A stretch of 64,000 nt of DNA from Trichosphaerium sp. ATCC 40318 (lineage: Eukaryota > Protista > Tubulinea): NCBI GenBank assembly GCA_038496445.1, contig JALMLS010000015.1, positions 124,001 through 188,000 on the forward strand, given 5' to 3'. The notes beneath the pieces were generated by a model, which saw only the letters and a list, made by a program, of their open reading frames with translations, was not told the origin of the DNA and did not search any database. Within the stretch, counting starts at the first letter, position 1, and every line of letters begins with the position of its first letter. The translations under genes and the position numbers were made by a program. Of this stretch, positions 11,889 to 26,200 are shown piece after piece.

Positions 11889-13336
11889 TTACAAACGTGC
11901 TTCTGGTAACTTAAATACCCTGAATGCATTCTTCCACATGAAGCACTCACGTGCTTCTTTATCCCAGTCACGTGTTAGTTCCCTCACTCCTTTGGATGTA
12001 GTATCAAAACCAAGCATAGGAAAGTTTGTCCCAAACATTACTTTCTCCCTTCCGTATGTCTTTGCAAAATGCAAGAGCTCCTTTGGGTAGTACCTTGGGT
12101 CATACGCAGAAGTGTCTAATATACAGTGAGTATTTACTAACAACAAAGAACAACAAAGAAAGAAAAATTAAAGAAAACACATGTTTCCGTTCACAATATT
12201 GAAGAGTTTGGCTGTGCAGCCCACAACCTTCTCTTACCAATGTAAACATTCTTATGTTTCCATGCTACAGCAATCATCTCGTTTGTCCAAGGATATCCGA
12301 CATGTCCACAAACAATTTTTAAATCAGGAAAGGTCAACGCTATCTCATCAATATAAGGAATAGGACGGCCAGTATCTGATGGCATCAGAGGTCCTAACAA
12401 ACTATATCTTAGTAAAGCAAGTCTACTTTATTATTATAGTACAGTACCTGTATGACCAACTTGAGTGCAGAACGGTACATCAAGCTGCAAGTTTAAAGTC
12501 AGTTTTGAAAGGATGTAATGAAGACAAGAAGAATTAAATTAGAAGGATGTACTTCAATGCACTTTACGAATAACGGATAGTATAACTTGTGATTTGGAGG
12601 TAGCTTCCATAACCAAGGAACAACTCTTATTGCTTTAAAATTAAGCTCTCTTATACATCTCTCAGCTTCCTTTACAGCAGAAACAGGGTCAGCTAAATTA
12701 ACGCTTCCACAGCCTTAAAAAAAGAAACATTAGCTGACTTGACAAGAGCTCTTTCAAAAAGTTTGAACGTTAGCCACTGAAAGCATGGCTGGTAACTTTC
12801 TTTGCTTGTGAAAAAAAATAATCACGTGAGTTTTTTGAAAGAAAAATGTTCATGTTGCAACTAAATTTACCTATAAACTTTGCTGGGTTATACCTAACGA
12901 ACTCTGCAATCCTTTCATTTGTGACCACCCACTTTCCTTAATCAAGGAATAAGTTGTCAAAATACAATGTCGTTTTTAACGAATAACCTACCTGGTCGGC
13001 ACCAAGCACTTAGGATTGTTTTATCAACATTTCCTTCATCTAATTTCTTTTCTAGAGATTGTGGCGTCCATTCAAATGATTCCTTGCCTGTAAACCATAC
13101 GTGAGATGTTACACGCAATATTCAGGCGTATTTACGCCATACTATGATTGTTCAAGGAACCACAGACAATAATACGTTAAAATAATCGTTATTTGCTCTC
13201 TCCAGCCACCGTGACAGTGTGCTATGATTAGACACGTACCTAGCAAACCAGAAAAGCCAGAAACACGTTTGCTTTCTGGTAATAGCTCCAAAAAAGTTGT
13301 GCCAGCAGGCTGCGCCCAAACGTCTACCAATTTCAT
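11889..13336 (-). CDS. Amidohydrolase-2 family (TIM-barrel) protein with C-terminal PTS1-like -ARL
   Basis: Spliced motifs: YYPLFVKCIELDVPFCTQVGHTGPLMPSDTGRPIPYIDEIALTFPDLKIVCGHVGYPW, VYIDTSAY, KVMFGTNFP; ends ...LPEARL. Confidence 0.85.
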
Positions 13337-13555
13337 TTGCTACAATTTCAACAGGTAAAAATTATAATACCCACTTAACTTGTTGACGATCTATCGCTTA
13401 ACCCTCACTAAAAATCTTTAGCCTAAGACTCTCACCTATGCACTAACATATAATGAACGTATTACGAGTTCTATAACCATATTTATTATCGGTACATGAT
13501 TGTACGGTTGTTACAAAAAAGAAAAAAAAGACTAAAGTACTTTTTTTTTCTCTGC

Positions 13556-15923
13556 TTACTTTCCCCACTTCATACGCATCTTCCTTTTACGTTCAAGCTC
13601 TGCTTGCTTGAAAGGATTCAACTTTACCTTACCTTGTTCAATATCTTCATCTGGTTTTGCAGGTCCCTTTGTGTGCTAGAAAATATTATCAGAAACTTAC
13701 GGTTCTAGTTAAGAGAAATGATCTTACCTTCACTAAATCAGGGACTTGTGTTGCTGCAGCTGGTGTGGCTGTTTTAGGTTCTTGCACAGGTGCAGATATG
13801 TTCTCCTGTGCTACAGGAGTAGGTTCTGCTTTGATAGGTTCAGGCTCAGGTTCAGGTTCTTGAGCTACTTGCACTTCAATAACTGGCTCTGGTTCTTGCG
13901 TCTGAACAGGTTCTGATTCAGGTTGAGCTACAGGTTCCTTAATAGGCTCAGGCTCTGGTTCAGGTTGAGCTACAGGAGCTACTACTTCTTTTTCTGGTTC
14001 AGGTTCTCGCACTGGTGTAGGTGCTGGCTCTTCTACGGGAGCTGGTGTAGACGCAGCTTCAGCAGCTACAATATTGTTAGGTAACAATACTAATGAAAAA
14101 GAAAAGCCCTTACCAGCTGCTTCTCTGGCTGCCTTATCTTTAGCTTCCTGTCTTTTCTTCCTTCTTTGTTCAAGGCGTGCTTGACGTCTTTGTTCTCTTT
14201 TACGTTCTTCGTCATCTTCATCGTCTTATCAAATATTTTAATTTAAAAGCACGTGTAGTTCGTCGACGTACTATCTGCAGGTGCTGTAGTAGTTGCAGCT
14301 TTAGCTTCTGCTGCTTTGCGCTCTTCCTCTTGTTTAGCTTTAGCAGCGGCAGCTTGCTTCTCTTCCTCCTCTTTAGCTCTAGCAGCCTCATCTTGTCTCG
14401 TCTTCTCTTCTTGAGCCTTGACAGCCTCTTGACGGGCTTTTTCTACCGCTGCTTTGCGGTCTTGTTCCTCTTTTGCTCTAACAGCAGCAGCTTGTCTTTC
14501 CTTCTCTGCTTGAGCCTCAGCTTCTCGCTGATCTTTCTCTTGTTGTGCCTTTATAGCGTCGTCCATAGCTTTCATTGAAGGCTCTGACGGCTTGTTAGCA
14601 CTTCCGCTTCTCTCGTTTTCGCGTTTCTATACAAGCTAAATAAGCACAGCTGGAATTTTTTGTTTACAAGGATTCATACCTTTCTTGCATCCATTGCTTC
14701 CTTCATCTTTCTTTTGCGTTCAGCTTCTTGTTTTTGGAAAGGACTAAGCAGCTTAGAAGGTGTTCTCGTCGGAGCACCAGGTTCTTTTGGTTTCTCTGGT
14801 TCCTTTTCTTCCTGACAGAAAAAATATGAGTTTCCATTTAGCTCAAAAAATTACCAAGACTTTACTCTGTTACGTACAGGCTCATCATCATCCTTCTCTT
14901 CCCATGCTCTCATCTTCGCCAAGCGCTCTTGGAGGGATGGCTTCTTACCAGGAGGTCTCTCACCTAGAGTACGAGATTAATGTGTAAAGGCGACGATAAA
15001 AAAAACTAACCTCTTTTAAATGCTTCAAATCCAGCTCTCCACTCTTCCTGTTTCTTGCGTTTAACTTCAGCATGTTCTTCTTCCGTCATTATACCGCCTA
15101 AATGCTTGGCATCCAAGTCATCGAGCACTTTAGGGTACCTAGAGAAGAGTTATAAATAAATAGAAATAAAATCGCTTGGATGGCGTTATTACAGCACTTG
15201 GTGCCTTAAGAATAACCTCATACTGTTCTTTCGAATATTTTTTACCTCTGAATAACAGCTTGGTGGCATTTCAAGCGAAAGAAAGGAAGATTTTGCTAAT
15301 TTTTGATTCAAAAAATACGCACCCAGATAAGTACGTTGCCATGCATTTAAAGTCAGGAGATCCATAGTCTATCATATCTGGTGGGTCTATTATGGCCGGT
15401 ACGCCGTGTTTTTCAGCAACTAGAGCGCAAAATAAGAAAAATAGAGTGACGAAGCGCAATTTTTAGAAACGTGCCATCAAAAGCCAATCGAAGGTTAAAT
15501 AGCTTATCTTCGCGTGTTTCAGTTTTTAGACGCCTGAAATCGCCTGATACGTGTTAGTACGTTTGTTTTTAAACTAAGCGCACAGCAAAAGCAACTCTTC
15601 TAAGGGTTGCAACCTGTACATTGGTAAAAACGCTGTTTTACTAAAAGCGTACCTATTTCGTCTGGGAAAAAGCTGAATTTACTGTTAATAGATTATTTAC
15701 ACTATTGAGCGTACTTATGTAGTATAGCGCAGAAAGCTAAACCGTCTTGAAAGGAATCTGTTATATCTGTTACTTCTACTCCTGGGTACCCCTATTTCGC
15801 GCTAATTAGTAGAGTTTTTCGCGTTAAACCGTACATAGGTGAACGTTTTCGACCAATCTATTTCTGTATTAGTGGTTGTAGTCGGGTAATGGTATACGTA
15901 CTTGATAGACCAAAGTCAGCCAT
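13556..15923 (-). CDS. Calponin-homology (MICAL/EHBP1/actinin-type) domain protein with coiled coil and Pro/Glu-rich repeats
   Basis: N-terminal exons [24 protein letters not shown]...LAFD...[15 protein letters not shown]...[11 protein letters not shown]; then E/K/A-rich helix (14243-14575) and VAQPEPEP repeats (13740-14070). Confidence 0.75.
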
Positions 15924-15997
15924 GCGAGTCTCGTGTTTGTATTTTTGAACTCGTAAGCGAGCTATGACGTTAAGTAAGTTTACATGATTTTAACGCA

Positions 15998-17798
15998 ATG
16001 CAAACAGCTCTTTTGGTGCTCCTGACGCTCCTTTCTAGCACATGTGAGTTTATTATGACTCTCACATACACTAATACGCTACAGGTGCATACTTCCCTAC
16101 AAACTGTATTTTGAATACATTAAACACAACCACCACGCAGAGCATAACTAGTTCATTTGGTACTTGTCTGTTATTGTGCATGTTGTTAACCTCTTTAGGT
16201 ATTGATGTGGCAAGTCTTGGCATTTTATCCGAGCACACTCTACTAGCGGTGGTACGGAATTCTAGAATACTCGTGTGAGACTAACCACAACCAAGAGTTC
16301 TAAAACAATAACAACATGGGCATAGTGCATACTTACGCTAGATTCTATTTCTCGTTGTACTGCAACCATTCGGAACAGTATAAGCAGCGAATCACTTCTA
16401 CTACCTACATTAGTTCAAGGGAGCGACTTTGGGGCGTCTATCACTAATATGGGTAAATGCCACAAAAGGAACGTGATTATGAACCATACTTTTCTCAGAA
16501 AATGTGTCAGTGTTGATTGGTGCTGGTAGAACTATTATGGACCCTGCTTTGCAAGTGAATATTAAACTAGCCACTATGAAAATTTTAAGTGTTAAGGCTA
16601 TGGCCTTACCCTTGGCTTCCCAGTTGCCTAGTATAAGCCACATCATGGAAGTAGTGACACATTCAAATCACTCAAATGGTAACATACACTTGCTGTCACC
16701 AAAACTTACTTGTTTTTTGCAAAGGTTTTGTGGCAGGGATATCATCAACGTCAAGTGATAAAAGAAGAGCAAATGGTACTCTCGTTATGGGACATTTATC
16801 GGGTGGTAGCGTTAGCACCAAGACATCACAGTACTGCAAGGTTCGTTAGAGTTCACATCTTGAACAGTTACTAACTGCCGTTTGTTCTCAGGAAATATAT
16901 TCCCTGTAGCTATAGCTCAAGTACCCGATTTAAGCGGCTATGGCCTTCACGAAATGGTCCTTAGTGACACAAAAGGGAATGTAAGACTCTTACTTTCGAG
17001 TAAGAGAACACAAGGGAATACTTGTGAAAATGATCCTGCACCTGAATTTTGCGTTGACGGAAATTGGTTTGTCCCAAAAGGGAAGACTCTAGAATTACCG
17101 TCAGTAGCACATTTTCAAGGCAATATAACAGTCGAAGGTACTTCTATTATTATTAAGCCTACTAGCTCGTAACAAGAACTTCATTCTTTGAAGTCTATGC
17201 TTTTCCTTCCAACATGTGTTTGCTATTTCTTTCCATTACGTTAGTTGATTTTGTTTTCAGGTACTTTACGTGTTGGCCAAGATAGTTTGGTTGTAGTTTC
17301 TGGTGTTGTTAATGGACTCAACGGAACACTTGAGTTGATTATTACACAAACAAAAAACAATTCTCCATTTGCGAATGTTATTGCAAAGTATCACTCGTGT
17401 GAACTCGTTACTGCAGGTATGATACACGTGCCCTTACCTAATTTATTGCTTCACTCATATGCGTCTAACATGAGCATCATCTAGAGCTTGAATTTGCAGG
17501 TTCTGATCTACGAGCTATGGTAACTTTTGATGAAGCACCTTGTAGCTCGAATAATCAGTACGGTATTCTTGGTATTGTATCTGGTATTTTAGCATGTATA
17601 GTTATAGTTAGATGTATTTTCTTTTTTAGACGAAAAGATAAACATTCAGTTGAGAAAAAGTGGCGTAGAAAAGAAATCAAAAACTTAGAACATCATACAC
17701 ATGATGACTCTTTGGATGGCTATAAAATAAATAGTATTAATTCTGATGATACTATTGAGCCTTCAAATGGTCCCTTTAGGCTTGGTCCTCCTTTATAA
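15998..17798 (+). CDS. Type I membrane protein with weak FG-GAP-like motifs
   Basis: Signal peptide MQTALLVLLTLLSST; FGASITNMG and VPDLSGYGLHEMVLS resemble FG-GAP elements; TM GILGIVSGILACIVIVRCIFFF followed by RRKDK. Confidence 0.55.
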
Positions 17799-18071
17799 TC
17801 CTTTGTAGCAATAATAATTTATTCGTATAAATTTGTATAATCACCTTTAGCGACAACTTTTTTTTATGTTAACTTCGCTAAGAAATGATGACTTCGTAAT
17901 GTCAATGTCATGCTAATTTTTTGCTCCAAAAGAGTGATATTACTATTAAGTTTCCTTAATAATGGTATCATGAAGTGTTGACGGTCAAGAATTCAAGGTG
18001 TCATAATACGATGTCACTAAGTACAATGAGCAACTTAAGTAACCCAAAAAGTAAATTGAATCTTGAAAAGA

Positions 18072-19480
18072 ATGTCAGCGGATGTATCAAGTGCTGTCTT
18101 GCATTCCATTGATACGCTATACATGGTTTGTTATGCTTGCGATAGTTTCAAGTCATTATTGTGGCTATCAAGCACAAACAAGTCCTTAGCTGCATTATTA
18201 CGCAACCATAAAGCTATTTTATACCTTTTAAAACAAAAATGGCCAATACGTCACTGGGGCCCTAAAAATTGTTGGCCAGTTGACGTACTTGCCTCTTCTT
18301 CATGGCAAGATGTTTTTTACCTCGCTTCATACATAGAGCATCAACAACACGTGCGTCTTAAAAAGTGGAACTTCACCGAAATTATTGACTTTTAGTTAAC
18401 AGGCGCCTCTCACGTTTGATAATCAAAAATTCAACATTGCAACAGGCAAGCTCGCAAGCAAGCCTTCAAGCAATGAACATATGTATTGGCAACTTCGACC
18501 TAGTGTACTTTCAATCGATCATTCTGGACGTAATGACGAGCTAGACGGTATATTGACACTCGTTTCAGAGAACAGCACCAACTTGTGGACAGCTGGAAAG
18601 CCAGAGTTCTCAGGACATAATTTCCACTTAGTCGCGAAGGATCACGTTATAGTGTCAACTGTCAAGATGATGATAGGCGTCGACATAAACAACGGAGAGA
18701 TCAAATGGAAAAGAGATTTAAATCTGTTTCGGCCTGTTCTGGCCTGTGCGAAGGACCTTCTGTTTTGCGTTGATAATTTTTTTTCAAGTAAAGCTTCTGA
18801 GAGAATGCTCTTGTGCTTAAGTTTATCTACAGGTACGACAGTGAAATAAATATTAAAATGACTAACGCAGCTTGTTTGAACAAGGTAAGACTTTGTGGAA
18901 GAGAGATGTCATTTCTACTTGTCCGGGATACAGCGCTCTATCTTTGTTAGCTAATGACAATCTCGTCGCTATCGGAAGCACTACTATACTTAATACGGGC
19001 GCCAATTGCGTTACAACTGTATTCTATGATGGTAACTCAGGTGAGCCAATTACATCATTACCTTTTCGAGCTACTTGCTTCGAGCGTTTTCATAACAAAG
19101 TGATGATTTGTTCACGTGGGCATTTATATCGTTACTCACTCGAAGAAAATAACTTGTGTCTTGATTGGAAAGTAGACTTTATTGCAACACACTTTCCTAA
19201 AATTAAAGTATTCGGAGATGGAACAATACTACTGTATGATTATTCTCCTGTTGGTGATAGTGGAGTTGATTTGAGTTTGTTTGATATTGATGGAAATTTG
19301 GTATGGGATCATCAAGTTAAGTGTGTTGGTGTTACTAGGTCAAGGTTTCGTCAAGAAGTCACAGTTACTGTTCGTTCGTGTCACGGTTTTTGTGTGGTTT
19401 CTAAAAGTAAGTTCGCCAAATTTGTAGCAATGGTGAGTTGGACTGGTGACACCATTTGGCGTAGAGATATAATTGACTAA
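18072..19480 (+). CDS. Protein with possible F-box-like N-terminus and PQQ-like beta-propeller repeats
   Basis: Repeated G-x-x-x-W blade ends (NGEIKWKR, GKTLWKR, GNLVWDH, GDTIWRR); N-terminal LLWLSSTNKSL segment weakly F-box-like. Confidence 0.55.
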
Positions 19481-19805
19481 ATACCATCACCTTATGCCTT
19501 GCGGTACACTAATCTCCGATTTCAAAGCATCAACATATCAAACGTATTGTCCAATTGATAAAAAAAGTAAAACAATCACCTTAATACCTCGCTCTAAGTT
19601 TCTTGATAAACAAGCTTTTCTGTCACTTTTCTACGGGATATAGGAAGACCCCTGTGGTGTGTGGGCCACCTTATCGGTTCATAAAGACTACCAAGGTATT
19701 CTTCCTGACATTAGTACAATCAATGCCACGTACTACTATGTCATAACTCACCTTACTTTTTCACTGATTTGCGTATTTCCTTTTTAGTAGATTTCCATAC
19801 TAATA

Positions 19806-22800
19806 ATGCAACGAGTGAGTTTTTTTTTGGTGTAGATCTACTTTAATTATCATATTTACTCAGTGTTTAGTTGTGTTTGAGCATTGTTTTGGCAATTTGT
19901 GTTTTCTTGGCGGTATCTGACGCACAAGGCGTGTGCTCTTCTTCGTATACATGCTCTTCGTACGACGATTGCAAATATAGTGTACGTACTGATGAATACA
20001 GAAATTATGGTACACTTTAGAAGTCCTCGGACGCTGTAGACAGTACCATAGTTGTTTCTATGCTTGTTGTACTTAAATCCTCAACTAGGATACGGAAGAG
20101 CGCTTCCGATGCGTAAATGGTTCCTGCGTCGCTCCAGAGTGCGGTGTATGCAATGAAACTGCAACTTGTATCGAGGGTACTTGTGTACCATTAGTTACAG
20201 TAGCTGCTAATCAAACATGCGATGCAAAGTAAGTGCTAGCGCGAATCATCCATTTTCGGACGATGTTACGAACCAAAACGGATATATCCGGTTATTGTTA
20301 CAACCGTACGTCCTAAACTCTCATTAGGTATCAAGTGTGCAAAAAAGATCATACCTGTGTTTGTAATGAGACAATTACAACAGGTTGTACTTGCATTGCA
20401 CCTGTTGGTTTCGAGAAAAACTGCTCTTCTGGAGGGTACTTTTTTTTTCTTACTTTCGGGAGACATACTTATCAATGTCGGCTTGTTAACTAACCTACTG
20501 TTAGTTTAAATGTAAACCAACTTGTTTGTGAGGACGGCATGACATGCAACTCAAAGCTACTATGCGCCAAGTATGTTATACAAGCATCTATAGACGCTAT
20601 TTGTACTGAGAGTTCCAAACTTGAAACAGAAACTGTACGCACATTTCAGTGAATTGTAAAGATTAATGGGTTGTAATTTCTAGCAAGTTCTCTTGTGTCA
20701 TCCAGCAGCTTACTACTGTTCAAACAAGAAGTGTAAAAGAAAGCTTCCTTGTGATGAACAAGGTTGTAGTTCCAACAGGACTTGTTTGAGTGGCACTTGT
20801 GTAGAGAATAGATGCGTTTCAGGTAGTCTTTGAGTTCTGCTACAAAATTAGCTAAAGATCTTTTATAGGTGGTAGAATACTAGGTCAGAAATGCAGGGTC
20901 GATGAACAATGTCTATCTAGTATGTCACAGTATGTTGTTATGTACGGTCGCACTAACTCTTGGTTTCAGAGAATTGTACTGACGACAAATGTGCTGGTGT
21001 TGTATGCTTGTTTGTTTAATAGATACTGTATGTCGTTAACATTAATTTCTAGGATTGTTCCACTCTTGATTACTGCCCAAAAGACGATGAACAATGCTAT
21101 ACTTTAGACAGTATGGAAGTTAAGTGTGGACCAACACAGGAAAAGTGTGAAAGTAATAATCAACTGCTCGATGATAATACATACACGTGTGTCGACAAAA
21201 AACAAAACGTACTGTGCTCTATCCAGTACTTGTCAACCTTGTTTTCCCCCTGTCTGTATTTAAAACTCGAAATACTAACAACCTAAGATAGTTTGAAGAG
21301 TGTGAAGATGGTAAGGAGTGCGTGTCTGGTGCTTGTAAGTTTGTCGGAACAGAAAATGTTTGCTTCGAAGAAGCCAAGAGTGTACGAACAACAAACCATT
21401 TTTACATTGTTAATATACTAGGTTTTTTGTTAAACTTAGTTCTAGGGAGAAACATGTGCTATTCCAAATGATGTTAAAATAGCTGCTTGCGAAGAAAGTA
21501 CGTGAACAAATATCATCCAACAATGTTGGGTTTTGCTTCGTCTAAGAAACGTACTAGGCTATGTTTGTGTAAAAGCAAACTCTACAGATATGACAGGTGT
21601 TTGCCAAGTCGCTAAAACATTGGTATGACATGATACTATACTAATCACGTGTTTTGAGAAAGCTAAATCCGAGAATTAGGGAGAAAACTGCAGTGTAGTC
21701 GATTGTGGTGTTGCTTATGTTTGCAATGTTACAGGAAACTCATCAACATGTGAAGCAAGACCTGGATATGTGCGTCATTTGATACATGTGTTGTTTGTTC
21801 TAATACGTAATTAGGGCATACCGTGCAACGATTCTCTTGAAGCTTTGAATTCAAAAACTACTGGATGTGAGGCATTTGGATTTTCATGTGTTTGCAATAG
21901 CACAAATGGTACTATTTGTTTGGAGTACACAAGCTGACTTGCAGACAATTATTTAACTACTAGCACCTTCTTGTACAAAATCATTTGTTATTCGAATTGC
22001 TACAGAAAGATTCGAACAATTAGATAGTTTTTAAACAGCATCCAAATATCATTGTTTGAAAACACTACTTTAAGATGATGCTTATTTTTTTAGGTGCTGT
22101 ATGCTTGCCTTCTTCATTTACCGCAACCATCACTGGTGGTGACACCACAAATCCAGGTATAGAAGAAGCTCAAGTAATTGCTGGAAAATGCTTTCCAGAC
22201 GTAGAAGCAGTACGTTGGATTTTTTTTGTCCAGCATTTGGTTTTTTTTGCTAATTTGTTGGTAGTTCCTCAGTGGAAAATGTAAACGTTATGGTCATTTT
22301 ATTTTGTTTGGATTCGATGAGTTTGATATACTTTACTCTGCTTATAATAGCCCTGCAACTTTTGATGAATCAGGAGAGAGTATTAAAAACCTACCACAAG
22401 AATGCCAGGATGCAATTGCAGAAATTTCATGTTGTCTCATTTGTGGATACAAAGGTGACGTACTTATTCGAATATATCTCTTTTGACAGTTTTCGTAGGA
22501 TTATCTAGTGACAATATTCTTTATAACGGGGATTTTGGGCGTACTCTAGATACAGGATTTTTGTTCAGGCAATCACTTGCACTTGGAAAACTTCCTGGTA
22601 CTAGACCGGATGTATCCCTTTTTTTTTGCTTTCTCGTTTCTTTATTCGCTAGGATAGTGCCCTTGACTACTTAGATTGGTTTGAATTGTGCTGCTAATGG
22701 TGGTAAAGGAGCTTTAGTCTTACAAGGACAGTTCTGTATTCCTAACTTGGACGTAAGTTCACTTTAGGAACAATTCATAAATACACGTTTGTTTCACTCA

Positions 22801-23062
22801 CTATTTTTCTTTTACAGATATGGACTCAAGATGTAGCAGGAGTGCATTCACAAGTTTCTTGCGATAGCTATATTGCTCCTCCACCAGTAGTTGCGGCACC
22901 TTTCGGATCTCCACTACCAGCCGAGGTAGTAGTAGAAGCAAGCACAAGTTCACGCAAGGGTAAGTACTTTGTTTGCCTATTTTTCTAACCTTTTACTCTC
23001 AAGCTCTTTCGTTTGTCGCCATGTTTGCTGCCATCATTTTAGTTGCGTGTCATTCTATGTAG
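19806..23062 (+). CDS. Cysteine-rich, probably GPI-anchored surface protein
   Basis: Signal peptide MQRLCLSIVLAICVFLAVSDA, many short Cys-rich exons (C-x-x-G-x-C modules), Pro-rich linker and hydrophobic C-terminus LSFVAMFAAIILVACHSM. Confidence 0.7.
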
Positions 23063-23211
23063 CTATGTCTAGCAAGCCAGAATAAGTAGACAATAAACTG
23101 TTTACAAGCCTGTTTTGCTGAAACCTCTGCAGTTTATTTACAAGTTTGTTTGACTTCTGTTGGTTCCACCACGTCCCCCTCACCCTCCATGTGAGGTGTT
23201 TATTTACAGTA

Positions 23212-26200
23212 TTACTCCAGTGCTTCTTGAACCTTAGAGTTATCTCCAGGCGTAAAGCTGCGTTTAGACTCTCTAAATCGGAAAAAAGGCAGCACACGCA
23301 GCCGTAGAGGCTTAACAGTGAACACCAGTATTATAAATAACACAGCAAGAAAGACAACTATCAATACCACTGATATAGAAGCAACAGTAGCTGGTGTTAA
23401 ACCACAAGCCTTTCTTTGAAACTCCACTAAAGAGAACAGTCAAAACGAGTCGAGTCAATGTTGTAGAAAAGTACGAAAAAAAGGAGAAAACGTAGTTACC
23501 GACTAGTGCTGTTTTTGATGTTACTACTGAAGCTTCTGAACAATCGTCTGTTTCACCAAATACAACAACTGGATCTCCAAGACAAGATTCATCTCTGTCA
23601 CCGAACTGTAGTATCGGAACATTACCATCTTCATCCGCGCCAAAAATTTCATCAAAGTTGATAATAAAAGTTACATTGTTCAGACACAAAGTACCTATCT
23701 CTTACACTTAGCTTCTAATCATTAGATTAAATGGTAAACAACGGACCCTCTACTATAATGCCTGCATCTTTTCCAGTTATTTCAATGGTATGTTCATCAA
23801 GTGTAAGATTTCCGTTGATAATTACTGGCAGTTGTAGAACAAATTCTTCTTGTTCTGGTGATGGACTTCCCTTCAAGTTACAACTCACTTCAAAAACGCT
23901 TTGATTATTGCAAAATACGCCCTAAATTACATAGAATAGTTAGTGATGTTAGAAGTGTAAAACATGAAAAGAGGTTCTGTACCTCAAACGGAGGAAGCGG
24001 AGCAATACATTTACAATTGTGACCAAAAAACTTTGTTGCATTTTCACCACGGCAAGCTATGTTATACATATTAGACTAGAGTGTATACAATAAAGAACAC
24101 TTACGATTACACATATCAGGTAGCTGGACGTTATTCGAAAAATTTCTTGAATTCACAGGACAACAAACACCAGTTTCTCTCAAAAATCTATACAAAACAC
24201 TTAGTTTTTTGTCTTGTTGCTCATAAAAAAAAATAGATATTTACATTAGCCCAGCTGTGAAGTTTCGTAGAAAACCTATATTATAATCATGTTAGAACAT
24301 GCTTAGTGAAAGTTATTATTAGAAAGGTGGACACATAGGAAAAAAATAAGAAAAGCATTTGGTTTTTTGTCTTTACGAAAGTTCAAAAGGAATTACGAAA
24401 CCCTCTTTGCAACTTTCAATGGTTTCCACGAAGCAAAAAATAGGTTCAAAGTAATGTTTGTTTTTTGTGACATTTGGTACGTGCCTATTGACCCTGTGAT
24501 GTTTATATTTTCACTTAAGTCTACTACAGAATTATCTCTATTACTTGTAATGATGGCATCAATCTCCATATTAATTTTTCCTTCGAAATTATTGTTCCCA
24601 AGAAGCAGCATGTATAGACCTGCATCCAAAAGTGGTTCTGGAATGAGTCCAGTAAAGTTATTATCCTCCAAACTTAATAGACTTATTGAAGCATTTGTTG
24701 CTTTTAAAACTGCCCAATTGCGGTCTAAATCGCCGCTGAATTCATTTCGACCCAAGTCACTATAATCACATGTCAACAAAGTTGTTTCAGAGGTGGTTTT
24801 TTACACCGAAAAAAATAGTCTTACAAGTTCATAAGGTTAGGCATTTGTGATAATCCTTCCGCAAAATCAGCGGGTAGTGTACCTGTAAACCGGTTTTTTC
24901 TAACTCCGCTGAAGCATTAAGGAATGAATTAACAATAAATCAACACGTGGTTCGTAAATGCAAAAAGGATACAAATCAAGAAGTGAAGGATGTCCAAGAA
25001 TAGAGGAAAACGGCAAGGTTCCTGTGAATTCATTGTGACTAAGACGACTAATAGGAAGTTATATCAAGCTTTATAAAAACTTCGTACAATACTTCCAGAT
25101 TACTGTATCTCTTAAAATCAAATAGCGGATCAAAACCAGATAACTTATTATCGTTGAACAACCTGATTTTTTTTTTTGAGTTAGTTTCACGTGCAACTTT
25201 TTTTTTGGTTTTTCGAAAAGAGTTCGTACATTTGAGAGATATTGGTTGAAGCGAAGACAGGGATATTTCCTGTGAAATTATTATTGTGCAGATGAATAAA
25301 CTCAAGCGATGGAAGATCTTTAAGGATATCAAAACTACCAGTGAAATTATTGATTACAAGACTCCTTAAAAAAACAGTCAATACAGCAAAAAAAAAACCA
25401 AGTATTCTTTAACGGCCTTACAAGGAAGATAAGTTTGTCATAAGTTCGAAACCTGAAGGTAAGTCTCCCTTTAGCTTATTAGAGTTCAAAGTTCTATTTC
25501 ATATTGTCAAGGAAAAGCTATGTAAGACTATGAAAAAGAAGTAGTTTGAGGATACAAAGCAACTAGGTTTGACAAACTGCTCATATCAGGTAGTGTTTCT
25601 TGAAGCAAACATTCCCTCATGGTCCTATTAATATTAGTGTCACTGCCAAAATTAAGTTTCGTTATGTTCCATACAATACTTGTAATTTGGTTAGCCTCAG
25701 AATCTCTTGTGGAAATACAGTGTTGAGAGGATTTGAGGATAAATCCAGAACCTAAATCTATAAATAAAAAACCGTTGAAAAAAAAGATTGCAACAAACCT
25801 CGAGCGATGGAAAACTTATGTTCGAAGGTACGTTTGTTATGCCATTACTATTCAAGTCCCTATTGGGTAACGGGTCATTAGTTCCTCCATTTAAATTACA
25901 ATCTCAAGAATACAAGACTCAAAAATCGCGTTGCCGTACAAATGTGTAAGTTTTTCTGCTTGTTGTAATGGAAAATATCTAATATTAGTGCTCTGGGCGA
26001 TTGTGCTAAATGAATGTCATCACTTTGCTTGTGACAATAGTTTATGAAAGCGATCCAAAACCCAAAAACCGTACATCTCAGTTATATTACCAGGATTGTT
26101 CAAATCAACATTACCATCAAAGTAGCAACCTTTGAGTGTTCTATAAAAAAACCAGAGCGTAAATATACTAATACGCTCAGTAACGGTACGTACAGTTTTG

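Noticed and set aside
14177-14578. 133-aa hydrophobic plus-strand ORF resembling a membrane protein
   Set aside because: Antisense shadow of the Glu/Lys/Ala coiled-coil exon of the CH-domain gene.
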